A stretch of 63,956 nucleotides of DNA, filler included, from Octopus bimaculoides (taxonomy: Eukaryota): assembly GCF_001194135.2 (NCBI RefSeq). It is 4 parts of 3 records of this genome, joined end to end, with 100 filler letters (N's around TTAATTAATTAA, not from the genome) between each part and the next. Parts side by side here need not be neighbours in the genome. Positions count along the whole stretch, not along the records: positions 1 to 23,344 come from NC_068988.1; positions 23,445 to 42,407 come from NC_068998.1; 2 more parts are not named here. One strand, 5' to 3'. Both the position numbers and the translations under genes were made by a program. This document shows, piece by piece, positions 11,850-23,616 of this stretch (position 1 is its first letter; each line of letters starts with the position of its first letter). The notes beneath the pieces were generated by a model. It saw nothing but the letters and a program-made list of their open reading frames with translations. It had not been told where the DNA came from and did no database searches.

Positions 11850-12399
11850 TAATTACCTTAAAGATGAGGCAATTTGTGCGCGAGGAAGACGATAGAGAGG
11901 GGAGGAGTATTACTGTTTGGAAGGAAAATCTCCTTCCATTAAGACGTCATGAAGAAGAATTTTTTTCTCGTTTTCTCACTTAATTCGATTAATTTAGGGT
12001 TTTTGGACACACTTTCTTCACTTTTTACACATACAGGTCATTTCATCTGAAACATATCGAGAGAAGTCTGTTTTTTCCTAACTTTTAAAATGTTACGAAA
12101 ATGCGCCAGTGCAATGTTATTAAATAAAGCAGCTGCACGATGGATTCTTCTCTTGTTGTGAACGACAAATGAGGATTCAGTAAAATAAAACATTAATCAT
12201 GTTCTATGGGCACGAATGCGTCTCTTGAGGCCTGTTGGTGCCTTGCAAACTTTCTGGCGAATGGGACAAAAGTTGAGAAATCAGTTTACTTCAGTGCTTG
12301 TGGAACATTCACTATTCTTGAGTGGACGGCAAGGCCTGCTTTGCTTCGTGCCACAAAACCACAATGACAAGTGTGTGTGTGTGTGGGGGGGGGTATATG

Positions 12400-12430
<31 letters not shown>

Positions 12431-12745
12431 GTCTGTCTGTCTGTCAGTCTGTGTCTTCGTCTGTGTGCGCGCGCGCGTGTGCACGTGTGTTTGTATAAAT
12501 AATTTACAGTTTTCTCGAGCTGGGTCATTCACAACTGCCTAAAGCCCAATCCGGGCTGAAACTCACAACAGACAGTCAACTTATGGTGTAATAAGCTTAT
12601 CTATCGATTCTATAAAACCTATTGAGTTCTATGTAAAAGATACTTCTTTAATATATTTTACTACTCTTATTTCGTGATTTGTTTGAGTGTGTACGTGGAG
12701 TGCAAGTATTATGTGTAGTTGTGTGTTTGTACTTGAGCACATTTA

Positions 12746-12964
12746 AGATTATTTTCTACTCTAGGCATAAGGCCCGAAATTTTGGAGGAGTTGGGGCCAG
12801 TCGATTATATCGACTCCAGTACGCAACTGGTACTTAATTCATCGACCCCGAAAGAATGAAAAGCAAAGTCGACCTTGACGGGATTTGAATTGAGAACGTA
12901 AAGACAGACGAAATACCGCTAAGCACTTGGCTCGGCGTGCTAACGATTCTCCCAGCTCATTGCC
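12746..12964 (-). mobile_element. SINE family B, alternative-tail variant (B2)
   Basis: Same head and core as B (gtcgattatatcgac, caaagtcgacc). The tail reads tttcgggccttatgcctagagtagaaaa on the minus strand. Confidence 0.85.
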
Positions 12965-13219
12965 TTTGAGCACGTGTAAGATTAGTATATATTTGTGTAT
13001 ACATCTATACAAACATCTGTTGAGATACGTGGGTAACTCTGAGTAGGGATATGTCAGTGTCTGTATGTATTTATATGCATTACGTGTTGAGGTAAGACAC
13101 AACTTTCTATGGGAGTTTATGCATACACGCGTGTGGATCATATATCTAGATATGTTTGTGTACGTTGCTTGAATGAAAGTATATCTATATCAACGTATAT
13201 TACTTTCTCCCCCATAACG

Positions 13220-13254
<35 letters not shown>

Positions 13255-13265
13255 ACTCTCTCCCC

Positions 13266-13298
<33 letters not shown>

Positions 13299-14043
13299 TA
13301 TCTCTCTCTCTTGGTGCAGGCCTGTCTAGGAATTGTTGGTATAGATAAACCTAGTAGGTATACGTCGTTATGGTAGAGTGGCTGTTCAATTATATGAGGG
13401 CATAATACCAATCTAGTTGCTGGGCTACTAGCTAACGTATCACATTACAGATCAGGCTATCTCCGATATTCTTCAATCAGATTTCATATCATATAATTTC
13501 AGTTCGAATTAAATAATTTTCGTATTAACGTCGGTCAATTTTAAAATGCTCGGACATTCTATTTCAGATTATATTAAGATATACTGTAACTTTACACTCA
13601 AGTATCGAGTTTAACTATGCAATGATTGATTTATTTTAGTACAGTTTAGTTTGGTTGGGAAGCGCAAGAACGGAAGTCGGTCATATCATAATCGTTTGCT
13701 TCTTCTACTTCTCCATCCGCTGTTTAACGTTGAACAAATTGCTCAGCCTACGTTCTTAAACCCAGCAAAAAAAAAAGATACGTGTTCAGTATTCTCATTG
13801 CTGTGAAGAAGATCAAGATCGCCAAACTTCTCTACTTCCATCCCCACTTCACTCTCTCTCTCCCTCCCTCTCCACTTCTCTCTCTCTCCCCTCCCTCTCT
13901 CTCACACACACATATTAATATTTGGCAGAAGCAACAGAGTGACTCAAGTGCCGAGAGTTTCTGGCGTTGGCACTTATCAAATATACATATATCAAAATAT
14001 ACATTTACACATTATTTTGAATTCTGTTTTTCTGTTTGCATCA

Positions 14044-14109
<66 letters not shown>

Positions 14110-14869
14110 GAACACACACATACGTATATATGTTATTTAGTACATCTTTGTCGATCTCAGTTGATCAAATACATACAACTGGCTACTCAGAGTTATTTCC
14201 CTTAGCTTATTTTCATTTCAATTAAGAACTTACCTTAGCCACAAATGTGTTTTTTTCTCTTTTTTTGTATACGTTTAAGTGTCTCTTTTGCTACAGATAA
14301 AATAGAATAACTGCTGAGCCGATGACGACTATTGAGAAAGAAACACGTATTCTCTTGTTTTCAGAGAATCAAAGTGGTCTGTGTTTCTTTTTTCTTTCGC
14401 CACCCCCTTAACGATATGTCAGTTATGGAGGCCTTTTCTTGAGATTTCGAATTGATACCACTTGCCACTATATGGTTGTTCTAACCTCTCCTGAAGTGGA
14501 GATAATTTCAATAAATCTAGAATTTATCTTGTACATGATTTAATATACTCTTACTCGCACTTGTTGTTCAAACACAAGCCACTAACCACACCGAGTTATT
14601 TCTCTTAACTCATTTTTCGTTACATTTTTCATACATGTATATAAACATATATGTATATATATACACGCGCGTGCACTCACACACACACACAGATATATAT
14701 ATATATACGTTTGGCTGTCAGCATTTCAAAAATTGAAGTTTATCGAAGATTTTAAAATTTGGCACATTAATGTAGTTTTCCAAGTTGAAGTGCTGGAGTT
14801 ATTTCAGTTTTTCTATATAAATGTCTTTAGAAAGTTATAGAGGTTTAAAGTTTGATCATTTTCACCCAG

Positions 14870-15416
14870 TCAGGAAACAGGATTTGGAAGCTGTCGTTTC
14901 GTTGTCAACATCCTGAAAATAGCACTCGTTGTCAATATTTGTATTCTACACGCGGAAATCGAGTAAACAACACGTCTTTTGTAGTTTGAAGCACAATCTG
15001 TTATTTTTCGTACCAACTTAAATTGGATGACGAAGCAAATCCTTCGCACATATTTCCCTAACATGGCTGCTATAATCAACAGTTGTGCAATGGTTCATCC
15101 TCAATTCTTCAACACAAAACCGGACTGAAACCAATTCCTTAACCCACGAGTAAAGGAAAAGCACTACAGTCCTAAGAGGAAGGTTGTCACCATCACACAA
15201 TATGCCTTTTCTCACTGACACATATTCCATGCATTCTTGGTGTGAGCATCGTCAGTACACATTCCCGCCGCGTCTTCTTGTACCTATAACATACTTCTTC
15301 CTTTTACATAATTTTCTTTTGGGTATAACGTCCTTTTCTTGTAGATACAACATAGCATCCTCCTCTGTTCTCAGTGTTTCCATCATAAACGCGAGATTAA
15401 CAGAACTTGCAACCAT
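14870..15416 (-). pseudogene. Decayed Merlin/ISXO2 (IS1595-like) DNA transposase
   Basis: ORFs 15252-15500 and 15018-15230 are in the same frame, split by one TGA (W to stop): MVASS...RTEEDAMLYLQEKDVIP...VY*RCSHQECMEYVSVRKGILCDGDNLPLRTVVLFLYSWVKELVSVRFCVEELRMNHCTTVDYSSHVREICAKDLL. This matches the Merlin N-terminal pattern WRC...C...S.R.GT...LP....L.F.Y.W..E......EL.M...T.VDW...LREVC. The catalytic VEIDE segment is not seen. Confidence 0.75.
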
Positions 15417-15742
15417 AATCAAACAGATCGGTAAAATTTCCAGGTGGATAAAACAGTAGAACACACCGTCAACGAGTGGTTTCAATGTATTTGTCAACAC
15501 TTACTTTCTCGCATGTTCTGCCTGTTACTATGGAAACAGGCATGAATGTGTCTGTGGCTTACGATTGGCTGAAATTACCCAAAATGTTCAAGCTTTAATT
15601 GTTAATAATTGTTTCTTTATTGGTTCATAGCGAAAATGATTTTCATAACATTCATTAGCCTATAAAAGTGTATCATTACACTGAATATGAAATCAGTTCG
15701 AACAGAAATTGACACTGGCAATCAAACAGAAAAGATCCTAAG

Positions 15743-15777
<35 letters not shown>

Positions 15778-16066
15778 NNNNNNNNNNNNNNNNNNNNNNN
15801 NNNNNNNNNNNNNNNNNNNNNNNNNNNNNNNNNNNNNNNNNNNNNNNNNNNNNNNNNNNNNATGCACACACACATATATATATATATGCATGCATGTATG
15901 TATGTATGTATGTATGTATGTATGTAGGTATATGGATGTATATGGATGTATGTATGCATGTATTTATGTATGTATGTGTTAGTGTGTGTATGTATATACA
16001 TGTGTTTGTGTATCTTCACACGTGTGTGTATGTATATATTATGTTGACCTCTATCTCTCCTCTCTC

Positions 16067-16125
<59 letters not shown>

Positions 16126-16749
16126 AGTACCCTAAAACGAAATGTCTTGCCATCATTAAAGCTGTAAAAGTTTAGCGAGTCTGTCTGGAAGAGTTGAAAC
16201 ACCTTCCCCGTTTACAGATAACGTGATGTATACGCGAGATTATGAACCCGATTAAATATGTGACATGCTTATAAACCTAGCCACATAGAACAATAAATCA
16301 GGCGACACGTTCGGAACCGAATGACGCTGACTTCTGCTGTAACTTGTTGAAGGAAATAAGCTGTAAAATGTCTAACAGTCGATCATATTCGCTTCTCTTT
16401 TTCTTCCTTTCCTTTCCTACTATAACAGCACTACGAACATTAATACCGCAACCAGTGGCTCGCGGCACGTCACGTAAACTATAACCCCAGCCCAGTGAAA
16501 AGGAATAGTTACGTGACTAGAGTATGAAGTTAAACTAATAGTCAAGATTCGTGGTGATAGATAGCCTTATAGAGAATTTGATTGATATTTGCCGCTAAAA
16601 CGTTTTGTAATGCTGTCTGTCTAACGTATTCATGTATTTACTACTGTATAGCAAATAGAAACCTGACATTCGGTATATTCGAATGTATGTATGGCTATAT
16701 GTGTTTCTTTTGTGTGTGTGTGTGTGTGTGTGTGTACGCATGCAGGTAA

Positions 16750-17078
16750 TGAAAGTGCGTGGCTTAGTGATTGAAATATTTGGCTTACGATCGTAACGGC
16801 GTGAGTTCAATTCCCAGCATTTCCTTGTGTCCTTGAGCTAGACACTTTATTTCACATTGCTCCAGTTCACTCGGCTGGCAAAAATAAGTTGTACTCGTGA
16901 TTCAAAGGGCCTGCCTTGTCCCATTCTGCGTTACGCTAAATCTCCCTAAGAACTACGTGAAGGGTACGCGTGTCTGTGGAGCACTCGGCCACTTGCACGT
17001 TAATTTCACGAACAGGCTGTTTGTTGATCGAATCAGTTGGAACACTTGTCTTCGTAACCGACGGAGTGCCAGTTGTTG
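16750..17078 (+). mobile_element. SINE family C (tRNA head, CORE-like centre, GTGCC(AAC/AGT) tail)
   Basis: A-box tggcttagtg, B-box gagttcaattcc, core tgtgtccttgagctagacactttatttcacattgctccag resembling the MIR/CORE domain. Homologous to 44457-44780. Confidence 0.85.
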
Positions 17079-17165
17079 TTTTTTTTTTTGTATCTTTTTT
17101 TTATATATTTTCTTTCTCTTTTCAATTTAGAATAAATTTTGACCGACCACCTGCTCAGTAGCAAG

Positions 17166-17229
17166 GTTATTAACTGATCCTCTGGTATTTTCTTATACAC
17201 AGAGCCAGGAACTTTTAGGCACACCCTCA
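17166..17229 (+). mobile_element. Right-end fragment of the mariner MITE family seen at 49598
   Basis: actgatcctc..gtattttctt...gagccaggaactttt.gcacaccctca|TA aligns with 49715-49779. Confidence 0.65.
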
Positions 17230-17738
17230 TATTCTTTTCACCGATCGGACACAGTATAGTCAACTTTGTGTCAAAGTAGTCTCTTTATTCTAATTCTGTT
17301 CCAGACTGAACCATGTCTCATTGGAAGATAATATTTCGGTAAGACTAAATGTGTGCCAGCAGAACTGTGCTCCCTTGATTCTCATAATTCAAAAGTGGCT
17401 GAAGAAGAATTTCCCCGTCCATGAGACACCATCAACGCAAAACTTCTAGCTTTCTTGATCTGAACCTCATGAGCTAGCTACATACTATATTAAGCGGGCC
17501 GTCGAAAAGTAGACCAATCGGTAGATCCATAATACAAAAGACTGGCTGCCATTGTGATATTTTGAGAAAAATTCAGCGAAAACGTTTATGTAATTATCGT
17601 GTACGAAATGAGTAACAGTGAACAAGACCCACCTGATTCTAGCATGTAGTCGCTTCCGTACTACCACCAGGGACATCAGTGAGGCTGAGAACGGTTTCCC
17701 CTCACAAAATAAATAAATAAAACCCTGTCTCTATAAGG

Positions 17739-18689
17739 CAGTGGTTCCGAAGCATTTTTTTCTCTGGACCGCATTTTCAGAATGAAAATTTTTCGCGCCT
17801 CATCAAATTTTATGTGATAAAAAGTACATTTGAAAATTAAAATAAAAAACACCGATAGAGCGATAAATATACTATTTAACACAACTAGGCGTAGGAGTGA
17901 CTGTGGTAAGTAGCTTGCTTACCAACCACATAGTTCCGGGTTCAGTCCCACTGCGTGGCACTTTGGGCAAGTGTTTTCTACTAGAGTCTCGGGCCGACCA
18001 AAGCCTTGTGAGTGGATTTGGTAGACGGAAACTGAAAGAAGCCCGTCGTATATATGTATATATATGTGTGTGTGTATATGTTTGTGTGTCTGTGTTTATC
18101 CCTCACCAACATCGCTTGACAACCGATACTGGTGTGTTTACGTCCCCGAAACTTAGCGGTTCGGCAAAAGAGAACGATAGAATAAGTACTAGGCTTACAA
18201 AGAATAAGTCCTGGGGTCGATTTGCTCGACTAAAGGCGGTGTTCCAGCATGGCCACAGTCAAATGACTAAAACAAGTAAAAGAGTAAAAGAGTAACTAAT
18301 AACATGAGTAAAGAACACAAATTTAATGAAAGGTATGAGCTTGATTTTGACGCGTAATCTCCTTTCTATTAGGTCTAATTAGAGATAAACAAACTCTTAT
18401 CTCCTCATCAACACAAAGAAACTTTTCCCTTTTTGTGGTTTTTGATGTTTGTCAGAACTGAAGATCCTTTTTCACAGTAATATGTCGTGGAGGACTGTAA
18501 AAGAATGGATAATGCTTTTAAAGAAACACATGGATATTGTTTCTGGTTATATATCCAAAAAGAGTCCAATAATATTTTAGATTTTGAAATCACATTTATT
18601 TTTGGCATATGAATTTTTTGAAACCGTTTCTAAATCTTCCTCTCTTCCGCCGCACCTGTGAGGCGCACCGTGCCGTCTGGGAACCACTG
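17739..18689. mobile_element. hAT (Charlie-like) MITE with a nested SINE A
   Basis: TIRs CAGTGGTTCC / GGAACCACTG. The 8-bp target duplication ctataagg / ttataagg matches at 7 of 8. Confidence 0.85.
17886..18295 (+). mobile_element. SINE family A, full length (reference copy)
   Basis: tRNA-like head (A-box region gagtgactgtggt, B-box ggttcagtccc), internal (TA)/(TG) tract, body and (aaagagta)n tail. About 12 homologous copies occur in the window. Confidence 0.92.
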
Positions 18690-19489
18690 TTATAAGGTAT
18701 GATAGGATTGAACATGCATATCATTGTTCTTAAAGTATATTGCTATTTTTATCTGTTCAATGTTTTTTTTTCCTTTATTTCATTTCGTTCTCAATTACCT
18801 GGCGCATATACACACACATACACGCAAACGCGCGCACGTACGCACGCGTGCACATGTATATACAAAGCGTTCGAAAAATTCAATATTCAATATTTTGTCA
18901 TTAATTCTTGATATGGGATGTTTGTTAAGCACAGTTTATAACATGGATTTTTCTTTCAAGTTTGCCCAAATTCTTATGTAACTTGGATTATGTGAACAGT
19001 ACAAACTCACAAAGAACCCAGAGTAAAAAATCAATATTTTCTGATTAATGCTTAAAAATTTATCGATATTGGATATTCGTTAAATACGATAATAACATAA
19101 AAATTTTCGCTAAATTTTTCTCAAAATCTCTTCATATTGTTGTGAATTTTGATGATATAAACTGTACCAGCTGTCGGTTAATCCGTGAATGCTTCCAATA
19201 TCTTGTTAATATTTTATTTCCCGTCTCTCTGATCACTTCACGATTTCAATAGTATCCTTAGAAGATCTAAGAACCAGTTATTTACATCTCCCTCCGTAGA
19301 AAATATCAGTCGTATTGGAAGTGAATCGATCTTCTCCACTTGGTTCTGTTCTCAGCTATTACAGTCCAGTTACAGGTATCGATGCTAAACTCGTGTTACA
19401 TTTAGCCATTTTCTTGTATCTCAGCAGAGGCCAAACCCGATTTTTTTGTCTTTTGTACAACTAAACGTAAAGACGCGTGGATTGTTGAT

Positions 19490-19612
19490 TAGGGTGTTCG
19501 ACTTGGATCATAACGCCATATATTTAATACCTCGACAGGACGGCAACATATGTCGTTGAGCAAAACACTTCATTTCACATTGGTCCTGTCTACTCAACTG
19601 AAAACTGATATC
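19490..19612 (+). mobile_element. Very diverged family C core fragment
   Basis: tgtcgttgagcaaaacacttcatttcacattg resembles the family C core. Confidence 0.35.
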
Positions 19613-19736
19613 AGTTAAGCACTGGCTTGCTCTCTCTCTCTCTCTAGCTTCCACATCCTAGATGTGCTGCTGAGTCACGTAATGAAATAGTCGAGCGGGT
19701 GTCTATGTCTGCTGGTGACTACATCAGCATCTGAAA

Positions 19737-20139
19737 CAGTAGTTCTCAACTAGAGTCCATGTGATCCCTGGGCGTCCATATAAGGGGTTTTTTTCTGACG
19801 GGGTGGGGGACACGCAAACAAAATAATAAATTGGAGATCCACAGCATTATTTTAAGGTTTCATGAAAAAAATGTTGCTTTTAGTTGTATTTATTGAAAGA
19901 AACACCGAGGTTCTTTCTCTAATGTTTTATATAGTTCTACATACTTTCGGTCACTGAAACACGTTCTCTCAAAGAGTGTAGCAACAAACCTATACAAGTG
20001 AATGCCTGAAAAACAAAATAGGAATTTTGAAAGAAACATCTATAAAACTAGTCTTTAATTATCGAATGGCTATGGAAGTCCACCAGAATAAAATAATAAT
20101 TAAAGGAGTCCATAAGTAAAAAATGGTTGAGAACCACTG
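19737..20139. mobile_element. hAT-like MITE (403 bp)
   Basis: TIRs cagtagttctcaac / gttgagaaccactg. The putative 8-bp TSD atctgaaa / atgtaaag matches at only 5 of 8. Confidence 0.7.
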
Positions 20140-20844
20140 ATGTAAAGTTAATTGTTCTTCTTAAGATTACAATCTACTAAGGTCGTATCCTTTATATTTG
20201 AAGTCTATGCGATCATCTGACGAGAAAGGTTTCTTTCAAATGATATGTTTTCATTAATCAATTAAAGGAGTCGCTTAAAACGGCCGTAATGAATTAACAC
20301 CTGTAAATCTTTGTTACTCATTTATATTTTATTCACCAACTTTGGAATCTACACTTCGGAAATACTATAGAAAGTACCTTTATATAAAGTACATGTCTGA
20401 ACTACCAAGTGCGGATATCTTCACTCAGCTAGGATGCGCTGTCTGCACACACGTCAGGAATATCTGGTGCAAATACACCTGCACAGACTTTTGATATTCA
20501 ATAAATATTATTTGTGTGTGCAGATTATACCGTCTTAACAAGGCGCCTCAAGTACCTTACTCAACTGAACCTTTATATATNNNNNNNNNNNNNNNNNNNN
20601 NNNNNNNNNNNNNNNNNNNNNNNNNNNNNNNNNNNNNNNNNNNNNNNNNNNNNNNNNNNNNNNNNNNNNNNNNNNNNNNNNNNNNNNNNNNNNNNNNNNN
20701 NNNNNNNNNNNNNNNNNNNNNNNNNNNNNNNNNNNNTATATATATATAAGGAACATGTATATGAATACGCACACACATATATAACCACATGTGAATCGTT
20801 GGCGATTTTCTTCCTTCGACTTCCTTTCTATTGGACTTTTCTCT

Positions 20845-20879
20845 GTTTCTGAAGAAGTGCGTTGCTCGAAACGTTAAAC
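20845..20879 (+). ncRNA. Minimal type I hammerhead-ribozyme-like motif of the Penelope-associated kind (probably decayed)
   Basis: GUUU-CUGAAGA-A-GUGC guu GCUC-GAAA-CGUU-AAAC: 4-bp helix I, conserved core, imperfect helix II, palindromic ACGU helix III and a GUU triplet. Confidence 0.5.
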
Positions 20880-21017
20880 CATCTTTCTTTCCCTGGGCGT
20901 CTGCTAATACTTTACATGTACCACGTCCTCGCGTTGTTGTTGTTTCTTTGTTTGTTCTTCTTTTTGGGGATATATATGTGTGTGTGTAGGGAACGTGTAT
21001 ATACTCTTTGTATTGTT

Positions 21018-21412
21018 CTCTTTTTATTTGCTTCAGATATTTGACTGCAGTCATGCTCGAGGACCGCCTTTAGTCGAACAAATCGACCCCAGGACTTATT
21101 CGTTGTAAGCTTAGTACTTATTCTACTGGCCTCTTTTGCCGAACCGCTAAGTTACGGATGTCAAGTGATGGTGAGGGGGGGGGGAACAAACATATATCTA
21201 TGGTTCCGGGTTCAGTGGGACTGAACCCGTAACCATGTGGTTGGTAAGCAAGTTACTTATCACACAGCCATTCCTGCGCGATGGACTTCTGTCAGTTTCC
21301 GTCTACCAAATCCACTCACAAGGCTTTGGTCGGCCCGAGGCTATAGTAGACTGAACCCGGAACTGTGTTGTTGGTGAGCAAGCTACTTACCACACAAACA
21401 ATCCTGCGCCTA
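21018..21412 (-). mobile_element. Rearranged SINE family A (duplicated head segment and internal hairpin)
   Basis: Two head segments (21220-21281 and 21351-21412) and an inverted repeat at 21200-21236. Confidence 0.85.
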
Positions 21413-21643
21413 TATGAATATATATATATATATATATATATTTATTAATTCATATATTCTTGTGTGCGTGTAACTGTTGTGTCATTCGATGTACGCAGCT
21501 GCAATAGATTAAGGTTTAATGAGGAGTGGATTTCGAAGTCTTAAATTATGTCCTACACTTCTCAATTGTCAAGAATTATTACAACAGCGTGTACTTGTGG
21601 GTACGCACGTACGTGTGTGCCTTTATGTATATAATTATGTACG

Positions 21644-21693
<50 letters not shown>

Positions 21694-21719
21694 NNNNNNN
21701 NNNNNNNNNNNNNNNNNNN

Positions 21720-21786
<67 letters not shown>

Positions 21787-21965
21787 TATAGATAGATATA
21801 CATATTTATACGATAGATAGATAGATATTACAGATGCAGCTTATTAATTCATACATATATAATATGCAATCATTTTGTTGATGGTAAGATAATGAAAGTG
21901 TGTGAAGCTATATATACACGGGTTTTATCTTATAATCCGCGGTTATGTGTGTGTGTGTGTGTGTG

Positions 21966-22172
21966 TTATTTCTTTACTACCCACAAGGGGCTACACAGAG
22001 GGGACAAACAAGGACAGACAAACACGGATTAAGTCGATTATATCGACCCCAGTGCGTAACTGGTACTTATTTAATCGACCCCCGAAGGATGAAAGACAAA
22101 GTCGACCTCGGCGGAATTTGAAACGGCTAAGCATTTCGCCCGGTGTGCTAACGTTTCTGCCAGCTCGCCGCC
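21966..22172 (-). mobile_element. SINE family B with a short internal deletion
   Basis: Reverse complement of the 56256-56483 copy. Confidence 0.9.
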
Positions 22173-22689
22173 TTGTGTGTGTGTGTGTGTGTGTATTCGC
22201 GCGCGTGTTTGTATGTGCGCGCGCGCGCATGCATTACATACGCAGACATACTACTGATAACTGTATTAAAACCCCAGGAAGAGCGAACTGAAATCAAAGT
22301 GGAAACGTAGAGAACAGAATATAAAATAATGTGACATTTTTTTGCACATTATTGTATATTCCGTTATCCCTACCCTTTCTATATGTCTCTCAAAGCCAGT
22401 ATGCTCTCTCTTAACATTCACTCACACACACACACACACACGCACTTACAAATACACACACAACATTATATAAATTTATTGTTCACACGCAAGTAGAGCG
22501 ACTCAACTAAACTTGTTAACTACGATCTTATTGGCACACAAAAGCAAGCAAAAGCTCTTTAAGATGTTTTTGATTGGTTGAAATCTATTCTTGTCATCAA
22601 TGTATCATTAACTTTTATAGTAACGAGTACTCTGATGAAATATTTATATCACTGAGGAACTTATACATACAGTAATAAACATAGAAATT

Positions 22690-23225
22690 CGAAAAATGAA
22701 CAGGAGGCACTCATCACACAACATACAAGTTGCTACATTATAACTACAATATTCATCTCCCTATTTGACAAACACTTTCCAAGGGAACATAAGTTCTACG
22801 AGACTTTCAATAGAAATACACTTGAACTCTCTTACTCCACCAACCCTACAGTACCAAACACAGTGTTCTTTAATATAGAATAAATAAAAATCTTAAAATA
22901 ATAATAATAGACTCGAAACCAATACCAATGGAGCCACCAGAGCTGGCTGTGAATATATGAATTCCCTAAATTACCCATTAACTCTAAACACAGGGGAAAA
23001 TGAAGTCTACCAGAGTAATGTGGTCACAACTACTTGACAAAAAGCATATATTGGCGTTAAAGCAAATGACTTCATATGCCAAGCAAACAACATGATGACA
23101 TTATCAAGCTATCTCTGGTGCTTAGAGAAATACACATGCAATATCAGTTACAATAGAAAAATCTTGGCTGAAGCCACATATACTAGGGAATACAATGCAA
23201 TGTTTGTACCAAAGAAGCATAACAG
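22690..23225 (+). mobile_element. Penelope-like element C-terminal remnant including the GIY-YIG endonuclease
   Basis: FISLFDKHFPREHKFYETFNRNTLELSYS at 22752; NEVYQSNVVTTT*QKAYIG at 22999-23055 (VYQ...YIG); then TLSSYLW and CNVCTKE. Same order as the PLE RT-thumb/GIY-YIG region. Confidence 0.75.
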
Positions 23226-23296
23226 GTATTCTTTGCAAACATAGAGCTTTTAAACAAGGTATCAGAGAAAATGTGCCATTACACACACACATACAA

Positions 23297-23344
<48 letters not shown>

Positions 23345-23444
23345 NNNNNNNNNNNNNNNNNNNNNNNNNNNNNNNNNNNNNNNNNNNNTTAATTAATTAA
23401 NNNNNNNNNNNNNNNNNNNNNNNNNNNNNNNNNNNNNNNNNNNN
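23345..23444. other. Artificial scaffold spacer N44-TTAATTAATTAA-N44
   Basis: Identical 100-bp construct occurs three times in the window. Confidence 0.95.
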
Positions 23445-23481
<37 letters not shown>

Positions 23482-23569
23482 ATAGAATGAGGCTATATTT
23501 TAAGGAGAAACATTCTCCAACTTATTATCAGCATGCAATTAACTTCTTAGGAGAATACATGCATGCAAG

Positions 23570-23616
<47 letters not shown>

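Noticed and set aside
14700-15730. Terminal inverted repeats for the Merlin relic
   Set aside because: No convincing inverted pair or 8-9 bp TSD was found by eye.
16440-16530. Clustered ACGT/CRE-like motifs as a possible promoter
   Set aside because: Short motifs only, with no associated gene or TSS evidence.
17886-17970. SINE A, B and C heads as real tRNA genes
   Set aside because: A/B boxes are present but there is no complete cloverleaf, and each is followed by a repeated SINE body.
20212-20244. Third hammerhead-like motif (CUGACGA + GAAAG/CUUUC stem)
   Set aside because: The essential G of GAAA is missing and there is no helix III or UH triplet; may be chance or heavily decayed.
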